Shown here piece by piece: positions 24,281 to 32,597 of a stretch of 32,597 bases of DNA (position 1 is its first letter; the number at the start of each line of letters is the position of its first letter). The stretch lies in the IMG/VR virus record IMGVR_UViG_3300005758_000413, positions 1 to 32,597 of that record; one strand, given 5' to 3'. The stretch comes from a virus (Duplodnaviria > Caudoviricetes). The notes beneath the pieces are model-generated. The model made no database searches. It saw only the letters and a list, made by a program, of their open reading frames with translations, and was not told where the DNA came from. The position numbers were made by a program, and so were the translations under genes.

Positions 24281-25201
24281 TTAAGTGAGGCCTTCAATTT
24301 CCAGACTGCAATAGCTGAAATTTGAGTAGGCGATGTCTATTGTAAAGTCCCGATAGAAACCGAACACAATCAAGGGCTCGTAGTCGCTATCTTCATCCGC
24401 GCCAAGCCACACGGAAGGCGTCGCACGCAACCCGGCCAAAATTTTGAACACAGAGTTGATTTGCCCGTTCGGTAAGAACGTGCGAGCCGCGATACGCTTG
24501 CTGAAGGCGTGGACTTCAAATGTGGTGATGCCCGTTTTCACGTTGGTGTCTTTGCGCGAGTAGTCAACGATCCCCGCACTGGTGCCGCCCACCTCGCTAG
24601 AACCCAGCGAATAGGCGGTGCCGATAGCGAACTGACCGACCGTGATTGTGCCTGCGCTGAAGAGCGTAACCGACACACGCCCGCCCACGTAAGGCGGGAT
24701 ATCTGTCAGTGCCAGTTCTGTCTTCGGTATGAAGGGCTCAAAGAAGTACTCGTACCAGTCCGCAACGATAGACCCTTCCAGATCTGCCTCGTACGTGTAA
24801 ATGATCGGGCCTCCAGCGCCATCCGTGATTTCCACTTCAATGGAAACTGCGTTGCCCATGTTGATGAGCGCCAAACTGTTGAAGGCTACTCCGGGCTGAA
24901 TTACGAACGTGAATGGGCTTTCCGCTTCAGTGGCCGTGGACACCTGCGAATCAAACATCGCGCACTTGTTGCAAGGCCCAATGTCCTTCCACTTGGTGGC
25001 ATCTGTACCCGGCTGGACCGGGTTGTTGTTCACTAGGCTTTCCCAGCGGCGCACGTTGTCCACGCCGTTGATCGTTATCGGGTACACCACGACAGCGCCA
25101 ATGTCGTAGTCGCCGCCCGACACCCAAAGCGGGTTCGGTTCAACGGCTGTCGTGGAGATCAGTTGCTCCGTATGAAACGGAATAGGCTTGATGACTTTCA
25201 T
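24281..25201 (-). CDS. Minor tail / tail-tip protein
   Basis: Between tape measure and fiber; W.....Y..G..V carbohydrate-binding-like start; I.DYSRK; GFYRDF.I. Confidence 0.75.
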   Translation of the reverse strand: MKVIKPIPFHTEQLISTTAVEPNPLWVSGGDYDIGAVVVYPITINGVDNVRRWESLVNNNPVQPGTDATKWKDIGPCNKCAMFDSQVSTATEAESPFTFVIQPGVAFNSLALINMGNAVSIEVEITDGAGGPIIYTYEADLEGSIVADWYEYFFEPFIPKTELALTDIPPYVGGRVSVTLFSAGTITVGQFAIGTAYSLGSSEVGGTSAGIVDYSRKDTNVKTGITTFEVHAFSKRIAARTFLPNGQINSVFKILAGLRATPSVWLGADEDSDYEPLIVFGFYRDFTIDIAYSNFSYCSLEIEGLT

Positions 25202-28200
25202 GCTGCGGGCACCGTTTGGAGTGCATCCCCGTCAAGCGTTACGCGCTCGAGGATGCGGGTTGTCTTGCCTGTGTTGGTGGCGGTGGCACGGGTTTCAGCG
25301 CGGAGATAGTTGACCTCCTGACGCAACATGCGGATCTCGTTGGCCACTTCGCCGCCGCCGGACAGCAAGTTGGCCGACTGCGCTGCGTTGTAAACCATCC
25401 CAGGGTTCTGGAAGTTGATGAGCTCTGGCCCCTGCTCGCCCACCAGTGCCAAGCCGCCCCCGTATGCTCCGCCCGTGGCGTACCCGGGCACGCCCCCGAT
25501 CTGGGCCAGCAACGAGGTGAGGTCTTCTATCTCGGTGACGAGCGTGTTGATGCCGCCGTTGATGTTGGACAAGATGTCGCGGTTGCCTTGATCGGCCCCC
25601 TGGAACATGGTGGTCAGCGCGGCGATTTGCGGGGCCAGTTGCGCCGCCCCGGCGAGCGATGTGCCCTGCTCAACCAGATACCCGCTGATGTCGGCGAACT
25701 GTTGTTGCACGTCCAGCAAGGCGACGAACTGTTTCTGTCCTGCGTCCGTGTTGAGGTTCAAGCCTTCCAGCAAAGCGCGGAAGTCAGCTTTGGTGTCCAG
25801 GTTGGCCAACTGCTCAGACGTGAAGCCCACCGACTGCAACATGCCGACGAGCGTGCGGGCCGACAGACCCACTTGCTCTTCTTGCGTGTAGAAGTTCTGG
25901 ACAAAGCCTTGAGTCTTGGCCGAAAGGGCTTCGATGCCCCCGGCGAGCTCGATGATGCTGGTGCGGGCTTGCACGGATGCCCGTGCGAAGTTGGAAAACG
26001 CCCCGCCGAACGCATTCATCACCTCGCTGACCGACTGGATAGCAATCAGGCGGTCAAGCGTGTCAGACAGCGTTTCACCCACCATGCGCAGCGGTTGCAG
26101 GTAGTCAGCGAACTGGTTGATCAGCGCCGTGCGGTATCCGGCAAGGGCGTCAGCGATCTTGGTTGCGATTTGTTCATTGGACAAACCCTGGAACGACAAG
26201 TTGATGGCCTGCGTAAACCCCTTCACCCGGTTGACTGGCAAACCCAACGCCACCGAGTAGAGTTTCATCTGGCGACTGACGAGTTGCAGATTTGCGTCCA
26301 TGAACTGGTCGAGGCCAGCGTTGACGGCTGAGTAGTTGGTGCCGCTCTTGTTGCTGCGGAACCATCCACCCTTCTGGAACCAGTTCTGATACTGCGTGAG
26401 GTCTGCACCTTGCTCACTGAATGTGCCCCGGAAGCCGACATCCGTTGTTTGGACTGCACCCATGCCGAACGCACGGTTAACGATGCCACCGATGGCCCCG
26501 CCGATGGCCCCGCCGATAGGTCCGCCCAGAATCGTGCCGATGATCGCACCTGCGTTGACTGCGGTGTTGCCCGAATCACCGATTGCTGAGAAGCCGTTGC
26601 TGATGGCCTTGCCGATGACGTTACCCGCCATCAGGCCCGCACCGTATGCGGCCAACGTGCCCGCGCCCATGCCGACGCCGCCTGCGTAGTTGCCACCTGA
26701 GAACAGATTGCTCGCGGCCCCCATGTTCGTGGCGAAGCTGGCGTTGCCCGTGATGGCAGACATGAACCCGGTGGCCCCAAACTGGCCAAGCGAGGCCAAA
26801 CTGGAACCGAGGCTGAACAAGTTGCTCGCGCCGCTTGCAGCGTTGCCCGTGCCCGTGATACCCGAGATGACTTGGCCAAGCGGAGCCATGATCGGCTTGA
26901 TGATGAACTCGGCAACCGTGGATTTGAACTTGTTTTTGATGTAGTCCGTGATATTGTCTACGAAGCCTTTGCCATTCTCGAAGCCGCGCATCAGTGCAGC
27001 GGTCAAGTCCTCGGTGATGGCGTCGCTGGCCTTCTTCCACGCCTCTTCGGCATCCTTGGCCGCTTTGATGTGGATGGCATCTTCTTTCAACTCGGCGAGT
27101 TCGTACAGTGCCGCCGCTTGCTTGCGCAACTCTTCGACAACGGATGCGTCCAGGCCCGCCTCTTCCAGCAAGCTGGCTCGGCGCAGCAAGCCCGCAGCGG
27201 TTTCCCGTTGCTTGGCCACGGCTAGGGCGTCCACGTACTCCTTGCCGAACTTGGCTTCCAGGTTGGACTCTTGTTGCTTTTCAATTTCCTTCTCTAGCGA
27301 GTCAGTGCTCTGCTGGAGCTTGGTGATGTAGTCGGCCCGCTCTTTCGCGGCCTCGTCAAGCATTTTCTTCTCGTCGGCGAGGGCTTGCGTTTCCTCTTCC
27401 GTGGCCAACATCACTTCCAGTGTTTTGGTCAAGTGTTGTTTTTGCGCATCAGTCAGTTTCAAGACGCCGTTCTGCAAGTCCTGCATCGTCTTGAGTGCCA
27501 GCTTCTGGCCCTCCGTCAACTTTGCGGTGCCCTGCGACTCGAGAAGCATGGTGCCCGTCTTGTCTTCAATGCTGTCAATCAGCTTCTTATACTGGTCTTC
27601 CAGCTTGGACGCTTCCGCCGCCATTTTCTTGGTCTCTTCGTTTACGACAGGGGCTTCCTTCTTGGCCGCACGTGATGCCGTGGCCATTGCCTCCATCGTG
27701 GTGGACCCGGTGGTGTTCCAGGCTTTGTCAGCCCGGGCCAGTGCCTCCGACCAGTCCTTCTGGAGGTCGTTGGCGTACTCTTTGCCGATGTCCACTGCGC
27801 CCGCGAAGTCGCCCTTCATGATGGCCATGAATTGCTTCCCGGCCGTCATCAGGGTTTTGCCCAACGAATAGAACACTTCCACCACAATCACGCCGATGGA
27901 GTACACGCCGCGCAAAGCTGCGGACAACACCTTGGAGATGTTCTTAAGGCGGTCACCTTCCGTCATGGCTGTGAAGAACTCATCAGCAAGGCCGGAAAGC
28001 GTGGGCAGTAGTTCAGCGGCTACTTGCGTGGCGATGCCCTGGAAGCCCATGCCCACCAGATCAAGCGTGTCGTTGAAGGCTGCGGCCTTGGCTGCGGTTT
28101 CCGTGTCAATCGTCAGGCCCAGTTTGCGGGCCATCGCGTCAAACTCATCAAGTGCAGCGGAGCCCCCGGCCAACACTGACAGCATGTCAGTCCCGGTCTT

Positions 28201-28707
28201 GCCGAAGAGTTGCACTGCGAGCGCGGACTTGGCTGCGCCATCTTCGTACTCGTTGAACTTGTCAGCAACCTCGCCAAGAACCTGACGACTGGTTTTCAGC
28301 GTGCCGTCCGTGTTGCGGGTTTGGATGCCCATCGCTTTGATCGCATCGTTGCCGCCCGCAACGGCGACAGACAGTTTTGTCATCGCGCCCTGAAGCGAAC
28401 TGCCTTCCATGCCACCCAGTTTGAAGGCCAGTTGCAACCCGGCGAGGTCTTTTACTGCGACGCCCGTGCGCTGCGAGAGCTCGTCCATGGCGTCGGCTGC
28501 GTTGATGCCACTCTTGACCCATCCGGCCAAAGCCGTGACGGACAAGCCTGCACCGATCGCACCGAGTGCGGTAACGGCAAGGCCCGCAGCCTTGCGCATC
28601 TTGGTCATCGTGCCTTCAACCGTGTTCAGGGCTCTGTCCATGTCCGCCTTCAAGCGGGCCACGTTTGCGGCCATCTCGATGGTGAGGGTTCCTACAGATG
28701 TGCTCAT
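25198..28707 (-). CDS. Tail tape measure protein
   Basis: 1169 aa, Ala/Gly-rich helical; N-terminal VGTL.IE..AN; LFGK.G..; C-terminal YATGG...VGEQGPEL; follows the tail chaperones. Confidence 0.93.
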   Translation of the reverse strand: MSTSVGTLTIEMAANVARLKADMDRALNTVEGTMTKMRKAAGLAVTALGAIGAGLSVTALAGWVKSGINAADAMDELSQRTGVAVKDLAGLQLAFKLGGMEGSSLQGAMTKLSVAVAGGNDAIKAMGIQTRNTDGTLKTSRQVLGEVADKFNEYEDGAAKSALAVQLFGKTGTDMLSVLAGGSAALDEFDAMARKLGLTIDTETAAKAAAFNDTLDLVGMGFQGIATQVAAELLPTLSGLADEFFTAMTEGDRLKNISKVLSAALRGVYSIGVIVVEVFYSLGKTLMTAGKQFMAIMKGDFAGAVDIGKEYANDLQKDWSEALARADKAWNTTGSTTMEAMATASRAAKKEAPVVNEETKKMAAEASKLEDQYKKLIDSIEDKTGTMLLESQGTAKLTEGQKLALKTMQDLQNGVLKLTDAQKQHLTKTLEVMLATEEETQALADEKKMLDEAAKERADYITKLQQSTDSLEKEIEKQQESNLEAKFGKEYVDALAVAKQRETAAGLLRRASLLEEAGLDASVVEELRKQAAALYELAELKEDAIHIKAAKDAEEAWKKASDAITEDLTAALMRGFENGKGFVDNITDYIKNKFKSTVAEFIIKPIMAPLGQVISGITGTGNAASGASNLFSLGSSLASLGQFGATGFMSAITGNASFATNMGAASNLFSGGNYAGGVGMGAGTLAAYGAGLMAGNVIGKAISNGFSAIGDSGNTAVNAGAIIGTILGGPIGGAIGGAIGGIVNRAFGMGAVQTTDVGFRGTFSEQGADLTQYQNWFQKGGWFRSNKSGTNYSAVNAGLDQFMDANLQLVSRQMKLYSVALGLPVNRVKGFTQAINLSFQGLSNEQIATKIADALAGYRTALINQFADYLQPLRMVGETLSDTLDRLIAIQSVSEVMNAFGGAFSNFARASVQARTSIIELAGGIEALSAKTQGFVQNFYTQEEQVGLSARTLVGMLQSVGFTSEQLANLDTKADFRALLEGLNLNTDAGQKQFVALLDVQQQFADISGYLVEQGTSLAGAAQLAPQIAALTTMFQGADQGNRDILSNINGGINTLVTEIEDLTSLLAQIGGVPGYATGGAYGGGLALVGEQGPELINFQNPGMVYNAAQSANLLSGGGEVANEIRMLRQEVNYLRAETRATATNTGKTTRILERVTLDGDALQTVPAA

Positions 28708-29162
28708 TTGCGTCCTGCCTGAATGAATGCCTTGAAGGCGTTGGACACCTTCTTAGCCACCACGTTTCTGTCAAACTGGTTTACCGGGTCACCGTATGGG
28801 GGCGGGCACTCGGGCCGTTCGCTTTCGTGGGCTTGGTTCAAGTATGCCCTAGACATCGCCCTGAGCGCGTTGAACTCCCAGGCTTGCAGGTGGAACCCCG
28901 TGCAGCGTTGCCACGCTTCGAGCTCTTGCGCGGTGAGCACGCTTGGCGACATGCCCCCTGTGGACACCATCCCAATGTCTTGCCAGTAGTGGATGAGGTA
29001 CACGCCCTCGCCTACATCGGGCATCAGTGGGGTGCCGCCGTTTGATCGAATGGCCTCGGCGCGAGTGGGGGGCTTGGCTGCGGGCGTTGCACCCGCAACC
29101 GATTTGATCTTGTCTGGCGTAGCTGGCGCAGAATCGAACCACGCCATCTGACGCGCATACAA
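28704..29162 (-). CDS. Tail assembly chaperone, frameshift extension (gpT-like)
   Basis: Open in the -1 frame from the slippery site in the upstream gene; EL.AW...G..L..WE...L..MS.AY. Confidence 0.8.
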   Translation of the reverse strand: MYARQMAWFDSAPATPDKIKSVAGATPAAKPPTRAEAIRSNGGTPLMPDVGEGVYLIHYWQDIGMVSTGGMSPSVLTAQELEAWQRCTGFHLQAWEFNALRAMSRAYLNQAHESERPECPPPYGDPVNQFDRNVVAKKVSNAFKAFIQAGRK

Positions 29163-29164
29163 AA

Positions 29165-29569
29165 TCAGATCTTCGATGACCCCTGAGTAAAATTTGCCCA
29201 GTCGCCGACGGCTTTGTTGATCTGCTCAGAGATGAAGCCAATACCTGGATCCAGGTAAGCGGCCTTGAACATTTCGTAGCCCGTCATTTCGCGGTAGCCA
29301 AAGCCGTTGAAGCTGGCCGTGCATGCGGCCAAGAACTCAGCGTCAAGCGTGCGCTGCTCGTCGTCCTTCATTTTCTTGCCGCCCTTGCGCACGTATTCCA
29401 AGATCGCGCGGTTGCGGGTGGCTTGCGCCTTCTGGAATTGCTTGGAGCCGGGGCCGTAAACCGTGATGCTCAACTGCTCGCCGTTGCTGTCCAGCAAGGG
29501 TTCGCCAGTGGCGGTTTCCAGATCGATGGTGGCAGTTTCTTTCACTGCCAAAGTGGAGATGTCTAACAT
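29165..29569 (-). CDS. Tail assembly chaperone (gpG-like)
   Basis: AAGGA RBS before ATG 29569; I...GPGS..F; ends W.NF, which contains A AAT TTT. Confidence 0.85.
   Translation of the reverse strand: MLDISTLAVKETATIDLETATGEPLLDSNGEQLSITVYGPGSKQFQKAQATRNRAILEYVRKGGKKMKDDEQRTLDAEFLAACTASFNGFGYREMTGYEMFKAAYLDPGIGFISEQINKAVGDWANFTQGSSKI
29189..29195 (-). other. -1 ribosomal frameshift slippery site AAATTTT
   Basis: X XXY YYZ phasing (gcA AAT TTT); the -1 frame reads YSGVIEDLILYARQ into the 28704-29162 ORF with no stop. Confidence 0.8.
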
Positions 29570-29677
29570 TGGATGGTCCTTTCGCGGGGTGGTGGTGTTG
29601 CCCGTGCCCAGCGCAGCCGCACCCCGCGAAGGATGCGAACCGCGCCGGGTCGGTGCGCGTTTTGCCATTGCTGGCGA

Positions 29678-30154
29678 TTAAGAGGCGAGCGATTCAACGA
29701 TGCCGACGCCTGCGCTGGTGCTGGTGAGTTCCAGCGTGCAGGTGGCGGTCGTGATGCTGTCAACGGAGCCGACGCCCACTTTGAACGACATGACCTTGGC
29801 CTGGAAGTAGTACTTGTCGCCGTTCTGGGTGGTCACCATGAACGAGTACGAGTTGTCGCTCAGGGAAGCGGCCTTCATCAAGATCTGGCCAGCGTCGTCA
29901 GTGTCCAGGCCCAGCGACAGAGTCATGGTGCCTTCGTTGAAACTGCCTTTGAACTTCTGCGTGCCACGACTGCCGACAGGCATGTGCGTGACCAGAGCGT
30001 ATTCGCGGCCGAATTCGCCCATGTCTGTGATCTCGCCGACAGCCGGGGGCACGGGAGAAGATGTGAAGAGGGTGCCGTAGCCGGACGCGTCAAACGTGCC
30101 GGGGGCGGAAGCGCTCACCTTCAGGGTAGAGCCTGCGGAAGTACGAACAGTCAT
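29678..30154 (-). CDS. Major tail (tube) protein
   Basis: AAGGA RBS; VGEITD.GEFG.....V.H.......K.KGS.N.G...L......DD.GQ, YF...VM.F. Confidence 0.88.
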   Translation of the reverse strand: MTVRTSAGSTLKVSASAPGTFDASGYGTLFTSSPVPPAVGEITDMGEFGREYALVTHMPVGSRGTQKFKGSFNEGTMTLSLGLDTDDAGQILMKAASLSDNSYSFMVTTQNGDKYYFQAKVMSFKVGVGSVDSITTATCTLELTSTSAGVGIVESLAS

Positions 30155-30203
30155 GGTGTTTTCCTTTGGTCAAGAAACCCTTTCGGGCGGTTAGATGCGA
30201 TGC

Positions 30204-30602
30204 TCATTCATAGTACCGCAAGAGGTAGTCTACAGGCTGCGTCCAGATGCCGGACTCGTTGTCTTTGTCAAGCGGGCCAGCGGTGGCCACGCGACAACTC
30301 ATAACCGTCTTCCCAGACGCTTCCACGTAGTGTTTGAAGTCCAGCGCCGCGCGAACCGCTGCGTGGATGGCTTTGACTTCCGCGATGGTTTTTGCCAGCG
30401 GGTTGATCTGCACCCGTGCTCGCACCAGTTGCGCGTCATGGGCGTAGTCCAGGTTCGGCTCAGGCGTTGCGCTGACAACCGTGTACACGAGCGCCGGGTA
30501 GGCGGTGCCCTGCGGGAGTTGGTTTGCGGCCTTGCGCGTGCTGACCAGTGCGTTGACGCCTGACACGTTCAGCAAAGCGGCGATGACGAGTTCGGTGTTC
30601 AT
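30204..30602 (-). CDS. Tail terminator (DUF3168-like)
   Basis: LPQ...YPA.VY..VS..P, R.QI; position before the major tail gene. Confidence 0.8.
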   Translation of the reverse strand: MNTELVIAALLNVSGVNALVSTRKAANQLPQGTAYPALVYTVVSATPEPNLDYAHDAQLVRARVQINPLAKTIAEVKAIHAAVRAALDFKHYVEASGKTVMSCRVATAGPLDKDNESGIWTQPVDYLLRYYE

Positions 30603-31066
30603 AGTTTGCTGAATTCCTTTGGAAGGCGGTTGCGGATGTATTCTGCCATCGCATCGACCGCAGCCGTTGAGCTTTCGTCAAGGGCGGGGCGCATGTATGG
30701 CTTCGGCGTTGCGCCCGGGTGGTCAACGACCTCTTTGGCGATGCCCGCAAAGAATAGGCTCTTGCGGTTCTTTGGCTTGATGAAGTGTTGCGTCGTGCCG
30801 AACTCCACCCAGGATGCGTAGAAGGCTTTCACGTTGCCTGCGGTGATCACTGCCTGCACCGTGCCTCGGCGACTGGTGGTTTTCACCTTGATGCTGTCTC
30901 GCAACGCCCCCATCCGGACAGGCACATTTTCTTTGATGGCTTCTTCCAGCACTTTGGAGCCCGCACGAATGCCGCCCCTCAGTACGTTGGCTTCTACTTT
31001 CGCGGGCAAGTCTTGAAGAAGTTTGTGCAACTCCGACAAGCCCTTGATTTCAATTTCACTGGCCAT
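30599..31066 (-). CDS. HK97 gp10-like neck/tail completion protein
   Basis: I.GL.EL...L..L, PV..G.LR.SI, FYA..VEFGT, HPG..PKPYMRPALD. Confidence 0.9.
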   Translation of the reverse strand: MASEIEIKGLSELHKLLQDLPAKVEANVLRGGIRAGSKVLEEAIKENVPVRMGALRDSIKVKTTSRRGTVQAVITAGNVKAFYASWVEFGTTQHFIKPKNRKSLFFAGIAKEVVDHPGATPKPYMRPALDESSTAAVDAMAEYIRNRLPKEFSKL

Positions 31067-31403
31067 CAACGGAACCCTCGGTGCAGTCGAAAATGATGAA
31101 ACGGTTTTCTTCGTCGACATCGCGTGTGGCCACGATGTTGAAGATGCGCGTGCCGTACTTGATGCGCCACTTGGTTGAATCCAGCGGGGGCATGAACATC
31201 GCGCTGAACCGAACCGCGACCGTGTGGGTCAGGGTGGCGTTGATGGCCATGGAGCGCAGCTTTTCACGCCCCCCGATTGGTTTGATGTTGGCCGACACTT
31301 CTTTCATGTCAACCCACGTGTCCAACTGCTGGCCGTAGCCGTCTTGAGTGGTGGTGCGTTGCTGCACGACCACACGATGGATGAGTTTGCCAGTGCTGAT
31401 CAT
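31056..31403 (-). CDS. Head closure / head-tail adaptor (SPP1 gp16-like)
   Basis: GKL.HRV..Q......D.YG....W.....V.A.I.P..GRE, RI.Y..R.FNI. Confidence 0.9.
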   Translation of the reverse strand: MISTGKLIHRVVVQQRTTTQDGYGQQLDTWVDMKEVSANIKPIGGREKLRSMAINATLTHTVAVRFSAMFMPPLDSTKWRIKYGTRIFNIVATRDVDEENRFIIFDCTEGSVDGQ

Positions 31404-31404
31404 G

Positions 31405-31977
31405 TCACACCCCTTGGCAGTTGCGCACGTAGTCCAGCAAACGATACGCGGACTTCTCGAGCAACTCTTGCTCCGTGGTGTTGCGGTCGTACTTGATCTG
31501 GGCCAAGAGCAAAATCGCGGCCACGTAGTTCTTTTGAAGCGTGGCGACCGGGCTGACTGCGGTGTCGATGAGCCCCGCTGCGTAGGTCACGCGAAACCCG
31601 TTCGGCGTTTGCGTGCTGACCAGTGGCCACGCCTTGCCGGGGGCCGGGGTTACGACGTTGTCTGTCAGCACGTAGTCGTCTTCGTCGATTGTCTGGGTGG
31701 CGTTGTTCAGATCAACATACGTGATGGACGTGATCTCGATGACTGGCCCCATGTCCAATTCAATCTCCGTGGGGGGTGTGCCCGTGATGCTGACGCGCCG
31801 GGTTTGGCGCATGAGCGCGGTCTGCACGTACCCTTCGGCTTCCACGATGGCCGCATCAAGCAAGATCTGCAAGGTGCTGTCTTCGTGGTCGTGGTCTTGG
31901 CGGATGAACGCTTTGAACGCTGCGAGCGAGACTGCCGACTCCTCGGGAGGCAAGACAGTGGTGGAATAAAACTTCAT
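31405..31977 (-). CDS. Head-tail connector (HK97 gp6 / phiE125 gp8-like)
   Basis: VSL...K..IR.D...ED..L..L..AA...AE.Y, P...ITSI.Y.D....Q, WP, V.Y.AG. Confidence 0.88.
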   Translation of the reverse strand: MKFYSTTVLPPEESAVSLAAFKAFIRQDHDHEDSTLQILLDAAIVEAEGYVQTALMRQTRRVSITGTPPTEIELDMGPVIEITSITYVDLNNATQTIDEDDYVLTDNVVTPAPGKAWPLVSTQTPNGFRVTYAAGLIDTAVSPVATLQKNYVAAILLLAQIKYDRNTTEQELLEKSAYRLLDYVRNCQGV

Positions 31978-32597
31978 GACAACTCCAGTTCTTCAAAGAT
32001 GTGGCCAAGTGGAAAGCACGTCAGGGCCGTTGATGTGGAACAGTTTACGACCTGCACCCGCTGGGTTCGCAAGTCTGCAGCGAGCGGGCCAAACCGCTTC
32101 ACGAACTCGTCGTAGGGGCTGGGCACGTTGAGTTGACCCGGGTGGTCACCAAACCAGTGGCTCCGGCCGTTGGTGCGCTGCATGTCGTAGCCCAGCAAGA
32201 GCATCCGGCTCGCCCCGAAGTGAAAAGCCAAGTTCATGGCCTGATACCCCGAATTGAGTCCTTGGTTTACCACCCACGGCTCCAGGCAAAGCCCCGCACC
32301 GACCCTAGACGGAACGAAATCCAGCCCGTGGCGAGCGCAAGCCCGCTCATCCTGACTACACCGGAGCCCATGGAATGCGTCGTCGCTGCGGGGCCGTTTT
32401 GCGTCCCACCATTGCCCGTCACATGCGTAAAGCACGTCCGCCCACGGGGCAAGCGTCCACGCATCGTTTACCGCGACCGCTTTGCAGAGGCCCGCTGCGT
32501 GTGCTTTGGCGACGTGGTCGACTTGTTGCTGGGTGAGGCTTGGTCCACCTGCGATGAGGACGCACGTTGTTCCGTGGGGCCAGCGTCCGAGGCCCCC
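31974..32597 (-). CDS. GT29/GT42 sialyltransferase-fold, MptE/DUF115-like transferase (5'-truncated by the window edge)
   Basis: The frame is open to 32597: CVLIAGGPSL...AVNDAW.LAPWADVLYACD..WW...NSGYQAMNLA.H.GA.R.LLLGYDM...HWFG.H...VVNCS..TAL.CF. Confidence 0.75.
   Translation of the reverse strand, partial: GGLGRWPHGTTCVLIAGGPSLTQQQVDHVAKAHAAGLCKAVAVNDAWTLAPWADVLYACDGQWWDAKRPRSDDAFHGLRCSQDERACARHGLDFVPSRVGAGLCLEPWVVNQGLNSGYQAMNLAFHFGASRMLLLGYDMQRTNGRSHWFGDHPGQLNVPSPYDEFVKRFGPLAADLRTQRVQVVNCSTSTALTCFPLGHIFEELELS

Noticed and set aside
29594-29605. 12-nt match GGTGTTGCCCGT between the candidate sRNA 5' arm and the chaperone leader, suggesting an antisense target
   Set aside because: The arm is buried in the sRNA stem, and a similar 12-mer occurs in coding DNA near 26562, so chance is plausible.

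Overview
About 32.6 kb of a GC-rich tailed dsDNA phage (siphovirus-type, HK97-like neck genes, probably cos-packaged, probably with a proteobacterial host). It covers most of the genome except terminase, portal and capsid genes. Left end (- strand): an HNH nuclease, a dense GTACTCAC repeat and palindrome cluster (candidate origin), and a primase-helicase. A second copy of the repeat and a candidate ~140-nt sRNA lie upstream of the primase gene. Bases 3.5-20.1 kb (+ strand) form an early/replication operon: ParB-like protein, GT-A glycosyltransferase, DUF2800 exonuclease, DUF2815 SSB, H1-like protein, PolA, VRR-NUC and SNF2 helicase. It continues into a 5-hydroxymethyluracil (5hmdU) hypermodification cluster (degenerate TAGT-like protein, P-loop kinase, dUMP hydroxymethylase, HD hydrolase, DUF3310, 5hmdU DNA kinase), then denV and small genes. 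Bases 20.3-32.6 kb (- strand) hold lysis, tail and neck genes and a truncated GT29/MptE-like transferase. The most interesting signals are: (1) a 5hmdU DNA kinase with no recognisable amino-acid:DNA transferase partner, next to an apparently catalytically dead TAGT, with a separate intact GT-A upstream; (2) beta-clamp-binding-like C-terminal motifs on the DNA-acting modification proteins; (3) the repeat/sRNA control region bracketing the primase gene; (4) a duplicated ~70-bp promoter cassette. All protein family calls come from motifs recognised by eye; no database searches were run.
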